Assembly: GCA_003551625.1 (NCBI GenBank)
Contig: PUNC01000043.1
Span: 11,027-75,026, forward strand
Source of the DNA: PVC group bacterium
GTDB taxonomy: Bacteria > Auribacterota > Erginobacteria > Erginobacterales > PUNC01
DNA: 64,000 nucleotides
Direction of reading: 5' to 3'
Of the stretch, positions 1-8,909 are shown one piece after another (position 1 is the stretch's first letter; each line of letters begins with the position of its first letter). Under the pieces are notes generated by a model. It was not told the DNA's origin, made no database searches, and saw only the letters and a program-made list of their open reading frames with translations. Position numbers and translations under genes: made by a program.

Positions 1-1223
1 AAGACTTTCGCGCTCATTACCATCTCGGCCGGCTTTACGAGCGGAAAGGGGAGGGGGTGAAGGCCGTGGACCATTACGAAAAGTTCCTTTCCCTCCACCG
101 GGACCTCTCCTCCGAGACATCGTCCGAAGTGCTCGGCCGCCTGGGCGAGTTGCGCGCCCGGCTGGGGCCTTCCCTGTTGGTCCGGGGAGATCTCCCACCG
201 ACGCCGCCCCCGACCCCGCCGCCCCCACCGGGTGCCGCCGATTATCACCGCCGCGGCCGCCGGGCCGCGGAACGGGAGGAATGGCAGACGGCCGCCGACG
301 AATACCAGGCGGCGCTGGCGGCCGATCCGGGCCACGCGCCTTCCTGGCTGGGTTTGGGCGAGGCGTTGAGGCGGGCCGGGGATTATTCCGGCGCCCGTTC
401 CGCCCTGGAGAAAGCGCGGGATCTCGATCCGCTGCTGCCGGCGGAAAGAGAACTGGCCGGCCTTTTTCTGGACACCGCCTCCGCGCTCGCCTCGGAAGGG
501 AAACACCGGGAAGCGATCGAATACTTCCGGCTCGCCCGCCGGGCGGGCCTGGAAGATCGGGCCGACGAAGGTATCTGGAAGGCCCTGCGGGATATCGCCG
601 CCGAGCGGATCGCTGCGGGTGATCACGCCGGGGCGGCTTCCCGGCTCGAGGAGAGCCTGGCGATCAGGAACAGCCACGCTCCCACCCGGCTCGAACTGGG
701 CGACCTCTACGCCCGCCGCCTGAACCGTCCCGATCAGGCCCGCGGTCATTACCGGGAGTATCTCCGGCTGGCGCCGCGGGGCGCCGAGGCCGGGCGGGTG
801 AGGGAGTATCTCACCCCGCCGTCAACCCCCCCGCCGCCCCCTCCGGCCCCTCCGCCTCCCACTCCGGCGGTCGGCGCGGAAGTCTATTACAACCGGGCCG
901 TCGAGGCGCAGCGAAGGGGAAGAGTTTCGGAGGCGGAGAGGGATTACCTGCGCGCCATCGAGGCGAGAGACGACTTTTACCGGGCGCATTTCAACCTGGG
1001 AACCCTCTATCGCGACACGGATCGTCTCGAGCCGGCCCGGCGGGCTTTTCAAAGGGCGCTTGAGATCGAACCGAATTTCTCCCCGGCCCATCTGGCGCTT
1101 TTCAACCTCCACCGCGGCCGGCTGCCGGATCCGTCCGCCGCGCGGCGCCACGCCCGGCGCTTCGTGGAGCTGGAGCCGGGCAGCGAGCCGGCGCGGATTC
1201 TGCGCGAATGGCTGGGAGAATGA
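1..1223 (+). CDS. TPR-repeat protein with Pro/Thr-rich linkers (5' partial; reading frame open to window start)
   Basis: ORF frame is open upstream of the annotated M (DFRAHYHLGRLYERKGE...). Multiple TPR-like AxxAxxxxxxAL repeats. PPTPPPTPPPPP and TPPSTPPPPPPAPPPPTPA low-complexity linkers. Confidence 0.6.
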   Translation, partial: DFRAHYHLGRLYERKGEGVKAVDHYEKFLSLHRDLSSETSSEVLGRLGELRARLGPSLLVRGDLPPTPPPTPPPPPGAADYHRRGRRAAEREEWQTAADEYQAALAADPGHAPSWLGLGEALRRAGDYSGARSALEKARDLDPLLPAERELAGLFLDTASALASEGKHREAIEYFRLARRAGLEDRADEGIWKALRDIAAERIAAGDHAGAASRLEESLAIRNSHAPTRLELGDLYARRLNRPDQARGHYREYLRLAPRGAEAGRVREYLTPPSTPPPPPPAPPPPTPAVGAEVYYNRAVEAQRRGRVSEAERDYLRAIEARDDFYRAHFNLGTLYRDTDRLEPARRAFQRALEIEPNFSPAHLALFNLHRGRLPDPSAARRHARRFVELEPGSEPARILREWLGE

Positions 1224-1318
1224 CGGATTCCAGCTCTTACACTTACTCTTACACGTGCTCTTACACATACTCAAACCGGATTATTCTGGCAGATTTGGGA
1301 AAACCTCTTAATTGTGAA
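1221..1318. repeat. Partial composite element (D fragment + 12-mer array + E module)
   Basis: cttacacttactcttacacgtgctcttacacatactcaaaccggattattctggcagatttgggaaaacctcttaattg. E module about 85% identical to 2214-2270. Confidence 0.75.
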
Positions 1319-1476
1319 TTGCAAAGATGAATACAGGTGCGGAGAGGGAATTTTAAATCCGGGGGATTGGGGTTGCCCCGCCCGGGCTTTCCATTATCAT
1401 AATAGATTGAAGGAAAGTTAACTTTTTTGGTTCTCTTCTGATTTTTAAAGGGAAAACGAACGGTGAACAATAACCG

Positions 1477-2106
1477 ATGAACATCCGTCTAAAAATTTTA
1501 AAGAACGCGGGAATCGTCGCGTTGTTGACGGCGGCGCTGCTTTCGTGCCGCCGCTCTCCGGGAGAAGCTTCCGGCAGGCACGTGGGGATGGGTCGGCTCA
1601 GCTACCAACGGGGGGAGTACGAGTCGGCCGAAGAGATGTTCTTGAAGGCGCTCCAGCTCGATCCGGCCAACGCCGATGCCGCCCTTAATCTGGCGATTCT
1701 TTACGACGACATTCTGCTGGACCAAGGGAGAGCCGAGCGTTACTACCGCCTTTTTCTGGAGATTGAACCGTCGGGCGAGAGAGCCCGGCTGGCCCGCCGC
1801 CGGCTGGGCGCCGCGCCCACGCCGCCGCCCGTTCCGGCCGCGACGCCGCGGCCGGCGGTTCGGGAACCGACGCCTCCCCCCGCGCCCGTACGGCCGCTGC
1901 GAAGGGTTGAGGCGCCCGCGCCTTCTCCCCCGGCCGAGTTCAAGACCCATACCGTGGTCCGGGGCGATACCCTGGCCGGGATCTCGGGCGCTTACTACGG
2001 GGACCGTAATCTCTGGCGGCGGATCTACGAGGCCAACCGGGATATCCTCCCCAGCGCCAACGCCCTGCAGCCGGGTCAGGTACTTAGGATCCCTCCCGCG
2101 CCGTGA
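1477..2106 (+). CDS. Lipoprotein with TPR region, Pro-rich linker and C-terminal LysM peptidoglycan-binding domain
   Basis: Signal peptide with LLSC lipobox-like motif. C-terminal HTVVRGDTLAGISGAYYGD...LQPGQVLRIP matches the LysM consensus. Confidence 0.6.
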   Translation: MNIRLKILKNAGIVALLTAALLSCRRSPGEASGRHVGMGRLSYQRGEYESAEEMFLKALQLDPANADAALNLAILYDDILLDQGRAERYYRLFLEIEPSGERARLARRRLGAAPTPPPVPAATPRPAVREPTPPPAPVRPLRRVEAPAPSPPAEFKTHTVVRGDTLAGISGAYYGDRNLWRRIYEANRDILPSANALQPGQVLRIPPAP

Positions 2107-2130
2107 GTGGCGCGCGTGGTTACAAGCGGA

Positions 2131-2275
2131 TATCCAATGTCCAATTCCCAATGTTCAATGTCGAGGGAGTCGCCCCAATTAGCCCGTACTCCTTAACATA
2201 CTCTTACACATACTCTTAAACATACTCAAACCAGATTATTTCGACAGGTTTGAAAAACCTTTTAACTACGAAAAA
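2131..2275. repeat. Composite intergenic element (B + 12-mer array + E), copy upstream of secA
   Basis: Paralogue of 12750-12885. Confidence 0.8.
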
Positions 2276-2344
2276 ACGATTTCGATCCCGATTTGGATTT
2301 CGATTTTGATGGGATAGAAACTTTGAGCCTCTGAAACTTTTTCA

Positions 2345-5300
2345 ATGCTGCCCAAGATAATCACCAAGATAGTCGGAACCAAGTTCGACCGCGACCGCAA
2401 GCGGTTCCTCCCCCTGGTGGATGAGATCAACCGCCGGGAAGAGGAGATGCAGTCCTTGAGCGACGACGAGGTCCGTTCCAGCACCGAACGTTTCCGGGCC
2501 CGGATCGAGGAACGGGTGGGGGATCTGAAGAACCGTCTTCGGGAGATCCACTCCGAGCTGGCCGGCGAAATCGACGAGGCGAGCGAGGACGCGCTCAAGG
2601 CCGAGGAGAAGAGGGTGCTGGCCCGCCTTCGCCGCGAGGAGAAGGCGGTTCTCGACGAGCTTCTTCCCGAAGCCTTCGCCACGGTCAAGAACGTCTGCCG
2701 CCGCCTGATGGGTTCCAGCTGGGACGTCTGCGGCCACAACGTAACCTGGGAGATGATCCCCTACGACGTGCAGCTGATCGGGGGGATCGTGCTGCACCAG
2801 GGCCGGATCGCGGAGATGGCCACCGGGGAGGGCAAGACCCTGGTCGCCACCCTGCCGCTCTACCTCAACGCGCTTTCCGGGAAGAACGTTCATCTGGTGA
2901 CGGTCAACGACTACCTGGCCCGTCGCGACCGGGAATGGATGGGGCCGGTATTCGAATTCCTGGGGGTGACGGTGGGCTGTATCCAGGGGGGGATGAGCCC
3001 GGCGGAGAGGCGGGAGGTTTACGCCTGCGATATCACCTACGGGACGAACAACGAGTTCGGTTTCGACTATCTGCGCGACAATATGGCGCTCACCCCGGAG
3101 GGCCAGGTTCAGCGGAAATACTTCTACCACGACGCGGATACCGACGAGAAAAAGCGAGGGCATTACTACGCGATTATCGACGAGGTGGACAGCATCCTGA
3201 TCGACGAGGCCCGCACCCCGCTGATCATCTCCGGCCCGGTCACGGTCTCCACCCAGCGTTACAAGGAAGTAATGCCCCGGGTAAGGGAGCTGTCGAAGAA
3301 GCAGGCCTATCTCTGCAACCGGCTGCTCAAGGAGGGGCGCGAGCTATGGGAGGCCGATCGGACCGACGAAGCGGTGGCGAAGTTTTATCAGGTCAAGAAG
3401 GGCGCCCCCAAGAACAAGCAGTTGCTGGCCCTGATCGAGGACCCTACGATCCGCAAGCTCCTGGAGAAGAACTCGACCGAACTGGATTCCACCTCCGTGC
3501 AGAACCCGCGGGCCGAGGAGGGGAGGCTGTTGCGCGAGGAACTGCTCTACACCATCAACGAACGGGCCCACGAGATCGATCTGACCGACAGGGGGCGCGA
3601 GGAACTCTCCCCCCGCGATCCCGAGGAGCTGATCATCCCCGACCTGGTCACCGCCTACCAGGAGATCGATTCCCGGGACGACATCACTCCGGAAGAGAAG
3701 GGGCGCCGGAAGAAGTATCTTGACGAGGAGTTCAACCGCAAGAGCGAACTCATCCATAACGTGCTCACCTCCCTCAAGGCCCTCGACCTTTACGAGAAAG
3801 ACGTCGAATACGTCGTCCAGGACAACCAGGTGATCATCGTCGACACCTTCACCGGGCGTCTGATGCCGGGCCGCCGCTACTCCGAGGGGCTTCACCAGGC
3901 GCTGGAAGCCAAGGAGGGCGTGAGGATCGAGCGCGACACCCAGACTATGGCCACGGTGACGATCCAGAATTACTTCCGGCTTTACGAGAAACTGGCGGGA
4001 ATGACCGGGACCGCTATGACCGAGGCCGAGGAGGTCCACAAGATCTACAAGCTGGACGTAGTGGCAATCCCGACCAATGAACCGATCAGGAGGAACAACT
4101 ACCAGGACCGGGTTTACAAGACCAAGAACGAAAAATTCGGTTCGGTGGTGACCGAGATCGAGGAGTGCTACCGCTCGGGAAGGCCCACCCTGGTGGGCAC
4201 GGTTTCGGTTGACACCTCCGAGGTGTTGAGCCGCCTGCTCAACCGGCGGAAGATCCCCCACCAGGTTCTCAACGCCCGCTACCACCAGCGGGAGGCCGAG
4301 ATCGTCTCCCGGGCCGGGCAGAAAGGGGCGGTCACCATCGCCACCAATATGGCCGGCCGCGGAACCGACATCAAGCTGGGGCCGGGGGTGGTCAACGAAG
4401 AATGTCTGGCCACCCGCGGGAAGCTGAAGGAAGAGTCCGACAACTCCTCCCCGGTACCCTGGTGCTGCGTTACCTGCCCGGTTTACGGGCGCTGCCGCCG
4501 CTCTTCGGAGCCGCTCTGCGGGAAGTCCCGGCAGATGTTCGACTGTCGCCGGGAGGTTCCCTGCGGGCTCCATATCCTGGCGACCGAGCGGCACGAGGCC
4601 CGGAGAATCGACCTCCAGCTCCGGGGGCGCTGCGCCCGGCAGGGGGACCCGGGTTCCTCCCGCTTCTACCTCTCGCTGGAAGACGACCTGATGCGGCTTT
4701 TCGGCTCCGACCGGATCGCCAATGTTATGGGTCGGCTGGGCCTGCAGGAGGGGGAGGAACTTACCCACCCCCTGCTCAGCCGGGCGATCGAGACCGCCCA
4801 GAAACGGGTGGAACAGCACAACTTCTCCATCCGGGAACACATCCTCAAGTATGACGACGTCATCAACAAACAGCGGGAGGAAATCTACTCTTTCCGCAAC
4901 AACATCATCGACAGCCCCCATCCCCGCCGGGGGATTATGGCAATTATCGAGGAAGTGGTGGGGGAGAAGATCGCCTTCTACTGCCCCGAGGATCAGCCGC
5001 CCGAAGACTGGGACTGGCGAGGGCTGACCGCCTGGCTGGGAGGCCGTTTCCCGGTCTCGATCGAGGAGGAAAAGTGGAAGACGGAGGAGGGGATCGCCCC
5101 CGATATCCTCCTCGAGCGGATAATGGAGGAGATCAACCGGCTCTACGATCTCAAGGAGGAATTCGAGGGCGAGGAAAATATGCGGATGCTGGAGAAGGGC
5201 GTGATCCTGAGGGTGATCGACAATCTCTGGCTGGAGCACCTTTACAATATGGACGACCTGCGGCAGGGGATCGGGCTGCGCAGCTACGGCCAGCGCGATC

Positions 5301-5644
5301 CCCTGGTGGAATACAAGCAGGAAAGCTTCAAGATGTTCTCCGACCTGGAGAACAGCCTCAAGCAGGAGGTGGCCAACAACATCTTCCGCCTCTCCACCCG
5401 TCCCGCCGTGACGCCCCTGCCGGGCCGGCTGGTTCACGAGGCGGTGCGGGCCTTCGGTTCCGCGCCGCCTCCCTCCCGGGCCCAGCGGCGGGCGGCCGCG
5501 GCCGCGGCCGCCCGTTCCGGCCGCGAACCGGAGCCCGAGGAAGCCCCCGTCTCCACCTTTCGCCGCCCGGGCAAGAAAACCGGGCCCAATGAACCCTGTC
5601 CCTGTGGGAGCGGGAAGAAGCATAAGAAGTGCTGCGGGCGGTGA
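2345..5644 (+). CDS. secA: Preprotein translocase ATPase SecA (1099 aa) with an unusual Cys-rich variable segment
   Basis: DEAD-like motor motifs (MATGEGKTLVATLP, DEVDSILIDEARTPLIISG, TNMAGRGTDIKLG, ERHEARRIDLQLRGRCARQGDPGSSRFYLSLEDDLMR). C-terminal Zn finger CPCGSGKKHKKCCG. Confidence 0.95.
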   Translation: MLPKIITKIVGTKFDRDRKRFLPLVDEINRREEEMQSLSDDEVRSSTERFRARIEERVGDLKNRLREIHSELAGEIDEASEDALKAEEKRVLARLRREEKAVLDELLPEAFATVKNVCRRLMGSSWDVCGHNVTWEMIPYDVQLIGGIVLHQGRIAEMATGEGKTLVATLPLYLNALSGKNVHLVTVNDYLARRDREWMGPVFEFLGVTVGCIQGGMSPAERREVYACDITYGTNNEFGFDYLRDNMALTPEGQVQRKYFYHDADTDEKKRGHYYAIIDEVDSILIDEARTPLIISGPVTVSTQRYKEVMPRVRELSKKQAYLCNRLLKEGRELWEADRTDEAVAKFYQVKKGAPKNKQLLALIEDPTIRKLLEKNSTELDSTSVQNPRAEEGRLLREELLYTINERAHEIDLTDRGREELSPRDPEELIIPDLVTAYQEIDSRDDITPEEKGRRKKYLDEEFNRKSELIHNVLTSLKALDLYEKDVEYVVQDNQVIIVDTFTGRLMPGRRYSEGLHQALEAKEGVRIERDTQTMATVTIQNYFRLYEKLAGMTGTAMTEAEEVHKIYKLDVVAIPTNEPIRRNNYQDRVYKTKNEKFGSVVTEIEECYRSGRPTLVGTVSVDTSEVLSRLLNRRKIPHQVLNARYHQREAEIVSRAGQKGAVTIATNMAGRGTDIKLGPGVVNEECLATRGKLKEESDNSSPVPWCCVTCPVYGRCRRSSEPLCGKSRQMFDCRREVPCGLHILATERHEARRIDLQLRGRCARQGDPGSSRFYLSLEDDLMRLFGSDRIANVMGRLGLQEGEELTHPLLSRAIETAQKRVEQHNFSIREHILKYDDVINKQREEIYSFRNNIIDSPHPRRGIMAIIEEVVGEKIAFYCPEDQPPEDWDWRGLTAWLGGRFPVSIEEEKWKTEEGIAPDILLERIMEEINRLYDLKEEFEGEENMRMLEKGVILRVIDNLWLEHLYNMDDLRQGIGLRSYGQRDPLVEYKQESFKMFSDLENSLKQEVANNIFRLSTRPAVTPLPGRLVHEAVRAFGSAPPPSRAQRRAAAAAAARSGREPEPEEAPVSTFRRPGKKTGPNEPCPCGSGKKHKKCCGR

Positions 5645-5695
5645 GGGTGACGGATTACGGATTCCAGATTCGAGATTAGATATTTCGGTACGCTG

Positions 5696-7246
5696 ATGAA
5701 AAAACACTTGGTGAACCGAATCGATCTGAGGCCGCGACTGTTGCTGCCGGCGCTTTTGAGCGGTCTGCTGGCGACGCTTCCCTTTCTTGACTTTTCTCTC
5801 TACCCGCTGGCCTGGATCGCCCTGGTTCCCCTGGGCCTGGCGTTATGGGGCCGGTCCACCCCGACCGGAGCGGCCCTGGGTTTGGCGGCCGGGCTGGTGA
5901 ATTCCTACTGGGGGTTTTACTGGCTGGAACAGGTGACCGCCCCCGGCTACGTGCTGTTGGGGATGTATCTCGCGCTTTACTGGGCGGCCTGGGGGGCGGT
6001 CACGGCCCGTCTTTCCCGCCTCCGGCCGGGCTGGACCTGGTGGGCGTCCGCGGCCGCCTGGGCGGGCCTGGAGTTCGTCCGTTCGCGGTTTTTAACGGGC
6101 CTTCCCTGGAACCTGCTGGGGATCAGCCAGGCGCGGCTGCTCCCCCTCATCCAGGTCGCCGCCTGGACGTCGGTCACCGGGGTATCCTTCCTGGTGGCGC
6201 TCTTCAACACCGCGGTCTTTCAGGCGCTGGCGACCCGGCGCGAGAGCGGAAAGCGGGCCGTCCTCGTTCCGGCGGCGGCCGCCGCCCTGATCCTGGCGGT
6301 GACGGGGCTCGGCCTCCGGCAACTTGCCCGCGGCCGGGATTTCCCTCCCGGCGAGGGTCTGCGGATGAGCCTGATCCAGGGCGGAGTCTGGCAGGATCAT
6401 AAATGGGATCCCGCGCTGGCGCCCCGCCATTTCAGCCTCTATCTCAATCTCAGCCGCCAGGCCCAGGAGACCGGCCCCGATATAATTGTCTGGCCGGAAT
6501 CGGCGCTCCCTTATTCCCTGGAAACGCCGGGCGTGATGCCCGCTCTGGGAGGACTGGCCGCTTCCGGGAAGACCTGGCTGCTGATCGGCGCCGATTATCA
6601 GTCGCCGCCGCCGGAAAGAAGGCACTTCAACAGCGCGTTCTTGATCGGCCCCGATGGAGAGGCGGCCGGACGCTACGACAAGGTCCATTTGGTTCCTTAC
6701 GGCGAGTATACCCCCTTGAAGAGCGTCTTCCCCTTCCTGGGAAGGGTGGTTCCGTGGGAGGAGGACTTTTCCCCGGGCGAAAGCCTGGAGCCGCTGGTGA
6801 TGAGCCGTCCCGCCGACGACGGCGAAGAAAAGGTCGGGATCGGGGTCCTGATCTGTTACGAGGATATCTTCCCCCACCTGGCGAGAAAATCTATTCGCCA
6901 GGGAGCCGGCTTATTGGTTAATATCACCAACGACGCCTGGTTCGGCCGGACCGCCGCCCCTTTCCAGCACGCCCAGGCCGCCCGCTTCCGAGCGGTGGAG
7001 AACCGGGTCTTTATGGCCCGTTGCGCCAATACCGGCTACTCGGTGGTCTTCGACCCCTGGGGGCGGAAGGTGGGGGACGTGAGCGACGAGCGGGGCGAAA
7101 GCCTGTTCATATCGGCCTGGGAGACCTTCGAGGTCTTTCCGATGGCGGAGGAGACCTTCTACCGCCGGCGCGGGGAGGTCTTCAACTGGCTGGTTCTGGC
7201 GGCGGCCCTGGGGGCGATGATGGGGACGGTTAAAATAACAAAATAA
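5696..7246 (+). CDS. lnt: Apolipoprotein N-acyltransferase
   Basis: N-terminal polytopic membrane region followed by a CN-hydrolase domain (VWPESALPYS, LICYEDIFP). 516 aa, typical Lnt length. Confidence 0.85.
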   Translation: MKKHLVNRIDLRPRLLLPALLSGLLATLPFLDFSLYPLAWIALVPLGLALWGRSTPTGAALGLAAGLVNSYWGFYWLEQVTAPGYVLLGMYLALYWAAWGAVTARLSRLRPGWTWWASAAAWAGLEFVRSRFLTGLPWNLLGISQARLLPLIQVAAWTSVTGVSFLVALFNTAVFQALATRRESGKRAVLVPAAAAALILAVTGLGLRQLARGRDFPPGEGLRMSLIQGGVWQDHKWDPALAPRHFSLYLNLSRQAQETGPDIIVWPESALPYSLETPGVMPALGGLAASGKTWLLIGADYQSPPPERRHFNSAFLIGPDGEAAGRYDKVHLVPYGEYTPLKSVFPFLGRVVPWEEDFSPGESLEPLVMSRPADDGEEKVGIGVLICYEDIFPHLARKSIRQGAGLLVNITNDAWFGRTAAPFQHAQAARFRAVENRVFMARCANTGYSVVFDPWGRKVGDVSDERGESLFISAWETFEVFPMAEETFYRRRGEVFNWLVLAAALGAMMGTVKITK

Positions 7247-7298
7247 TGACGAAATCCGAATGACGAATGACGAAAAAATGACGAAAGAATGACGAAAT
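7246..7298. repeat. Five near-tandem copies of ATGACGAA (spacing 7-14 bp) immediately after the lnt stop
   Basis: Direct reading of the sequence: atgacgaa at 7246, 7260, 7267, 7278 and 7289. Confidence 0.8.
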
Positions 7299-7510
7299 CC
7301 GGCCCGGGGGAAAGACGGATTCCGGATTACAGCCCCGAAAAATGGCTCCTGCGGCGCCATCTCGGGGTAAAATTCGAGATTGGAGATATCGGTTATGCTC
7401 CGCAGCCTGATAAAAGCAGATTTCAGATTTGGGATGAGAGATTCCGGCTATGCTCCGCACCCTATCCCCCTTTGTTCTCGCGCAGAGGCGCGGAGACGCG
7501 GGGGTTACAT

Positions 7511-7619
7511 TGCTCCGCACCCTGGTAAAGGACCGTAAACAGTGATCGGTCCCGACTTAAGACTGTCGGGATCTCCGCTTCGCTACGATGATCCGTGATC
7601 AGGGAAAGGCCCAGGGCCC
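7511..7619. repeat. REP-like repeat unit X (GCTCCGCA..GGTAAAGGACCGTAA.CAGTGATCGG-hairpin-ATCTCCGCTTCGCTACGATGATCCGTGATC..GGGAAAGGCCCAG)
   Basis: Near-identical copy at 12478-12587 and a deletion variant at 12366-12435. Contains a 7-bp stem hairpin tcccgac/gtcggga (7550-7571). Confidence 0.8.
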
Positions 7620-7630
7620 TTTTAAAGAAA

Positions 7631-7700
7631 GTAAGCAGTCCCGATGAAAAACTATCGGGATCTTCGCTGCGCTGCGATAAGCAGTGTGCAGTTAGCAGAG
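7631..7700. repeat. Diverged copy X' of the hairpin unit with a compensatory stem change (tcccgat/atcggga) and flanking 8-nt direct repeat TAAGCAGT
   Basis: Hairpin 7639-7660. The stem has C-to-T on the 5' arm and a matched G-to-A on the 3' arm relative to unit X. Direct repeats at 7632-7639 and 7677-7684. Confidence 0.7.
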
Positions 7701-7807
7701 TAAAAACCAAATTGTCGAAATGCCTAAGGTCTAAACCCCTACAGCCTGATTTCCATCTCACACACACCTGTCCTGAGCTAAGTCGAAGGAGGCTCGAAGA
7801 CACAAAT

Positions 7808-8909
7808 ATGAACGAGGAACTGCGGGAAAGAATCGAAGATCTGGAGCGCCGCTATCTGCGGGTCAGGGGGTATCTTTGACCTGGCCAAGATCGACCAAAG
7901 GCTCACAGAGATCGAGACCGAGATGTCCCGGCCCGGATTCTGGGATACCGGAGAAAAGGCCCGGGAACTGATAGCCGAGCTCAAGGAGCTGCGGGAGACC
8001 TCCCAGCCCTGGTCGGGTTTCGCCGGCCGGTTGAAGGAGTTCCGGGAACTGGCCGAGCTGGGCGGCGACGAGGAGGGATGGGAAGAGGAGCTGGAAAAAG
8101 AGCTTGTCGCCCTGGAAAAGGATTTCGAGGAACTGGAGTTCAAGGCGATCCTGGCCGGCCCCGAATCGGAAAAGAACGCGATCTTCTCTATTCAGGCCGG
8201 CGCGGGGGGGACGGAGTCGTGCGATTGGGCCGAAATGCTCTGGCGGATGTACAGCCGCTGGAGCGAAAACCACGGTTTCCGGGTCAAGATATTTCACGTT
8301 AACCCGGGAGAGGAAGCCGGGATCAGGAGCCTTTCGGCCCTGATCAGCGGGAGGTACGCCTTCGGTTACCTGCGGGCGGAGGCCGGCGTGCACCGGCTGG
8401 TCCGGATATCGCCCTTCGATTCGGGGGCCCGGCGGCACACCTCGTTCGCGGCGGTGGAAGCGATCCCGGAACTCGGCCGGGAGGTCGAGGTGGAGATCGA
8501 AGACAAGGACCTCAAGATCGACACCTACCGCTCTTCGGGAGCGGGTGGGCAGCACGTCAACGTGACCGATTCGGCGGTGAGGATCACCCACCTGCCTACC
8601 GGGATAGTGGTTCAATGCCAGAACGAGCGCTCCCAGCACAAGAACCGGGCCACCGCGATGTCGATCCTGAAGGCGCGTCTTCACCGGCTGGAGCTGGAAA
8701 AGATCGAGGCCCGCCGCCGCGAGCAGCACCAGCAGCAGAAAGAGATCGGCTGGGGCAGCCAGATCCGGTCATACGTTTTTCACCCCTACAGTATGGTCAA
8801 GGATCACCGCACCGGTTTGAGCGTGGGAAACATCCAGGCCGTGATGGACGGTGATATCGACGGCTTTATCTTCGAGTATCTCAAGGCCGACCGGGCCCGG
8901 GAAAAATGA
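7808..8909 (+). CDS. prfB: Peptide chain release factor 2 with programmed +1 ribosomal frameshift: join(7808..7876,7878..8909), 367 aa
   Basis: Frame-0 ORF MNEELRERIEDLERRYLRVRGYL ends at the classic shifty site CTT TGA C (7874-7880), preceded by the SD-like AGGGGG at 7865-7870. The +1 frame is open from 7878 and continues into the 328-aa ORF carrying SPF and GGQ motifs. RBS AAGGAGG at 7793-7799. Confidence 0.9.
7865..7880 (+). promoter_or_regulatory. prfB autoregulatory +1 frameshift site (internal SD AGGGGG + CUU UGA C)
   Basis: Read directly in the sequence. Matches the canonical RF2 frameshift cassette. Confidence 0.9.

Noticed and set aside
281-622. Numerous 60-170-aa ORFs nested in or antisense to real genes (e.g. 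281-622, 1743-1943, 5845-6402, 14412-14828, 28327-29064, 36145-36411, 50160-50477)
   Set aside because: These are Arg/Gly/Pro-rich translations typical of off-frame reading of GC-rich coding DNA. None has independent support.
3344-5707. 787-aa minus-strand ORF antisense to secA. Similar long antisense or alternate-frame ORFs include: 17142-18701, 19731-20906, 19828-21006, 21051-22478, 23804-25816, 33206-35209, 36740-38068, 40277-41620, 48881-50977, 54856-56622, 58599-59537, 63089-63970.
   Set aside because: These are high-GC artefacts. Their translations are Gly/Arg/Pro/Ala-rich with no recognisable motifs, and each is fully overlapped by a well-supported housekeeping gene on the other strand.
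7246-7298. ATGACGAA repeats encode Asn-Asp-Glu, reminiscent of a tmRNA tag (ANDENYALAA); considered ssrA
   Set aside because: There is no tRNA-like acceptor/T-arm and no ...ALAA-stop tag reading frame. The repeats are simple tandem octamers.
7395-7530. Regularly recurring ATGCTCCGCA(G/C)CC modules considered as a degenerate CRISPR array
   Set aside because: Spacing is irregular (55, 60, 112 bp). Repeats are not uniform in length, there are no cas genes, and the same modules recur at a second locus in identical order, which is a mosaic repeat and not a spacer array.
7595-7807. ORF-track N-terminal extension of prfB (MIRERPRALL...) and prfB scored as a pseudogene split in two
   Set aside because: A strong RBS (AAGGAGG) precedes the internal ATG 7808, and the extension runs through repeat DNA. 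The split is the programmed +1 frameshift, not a mutation.
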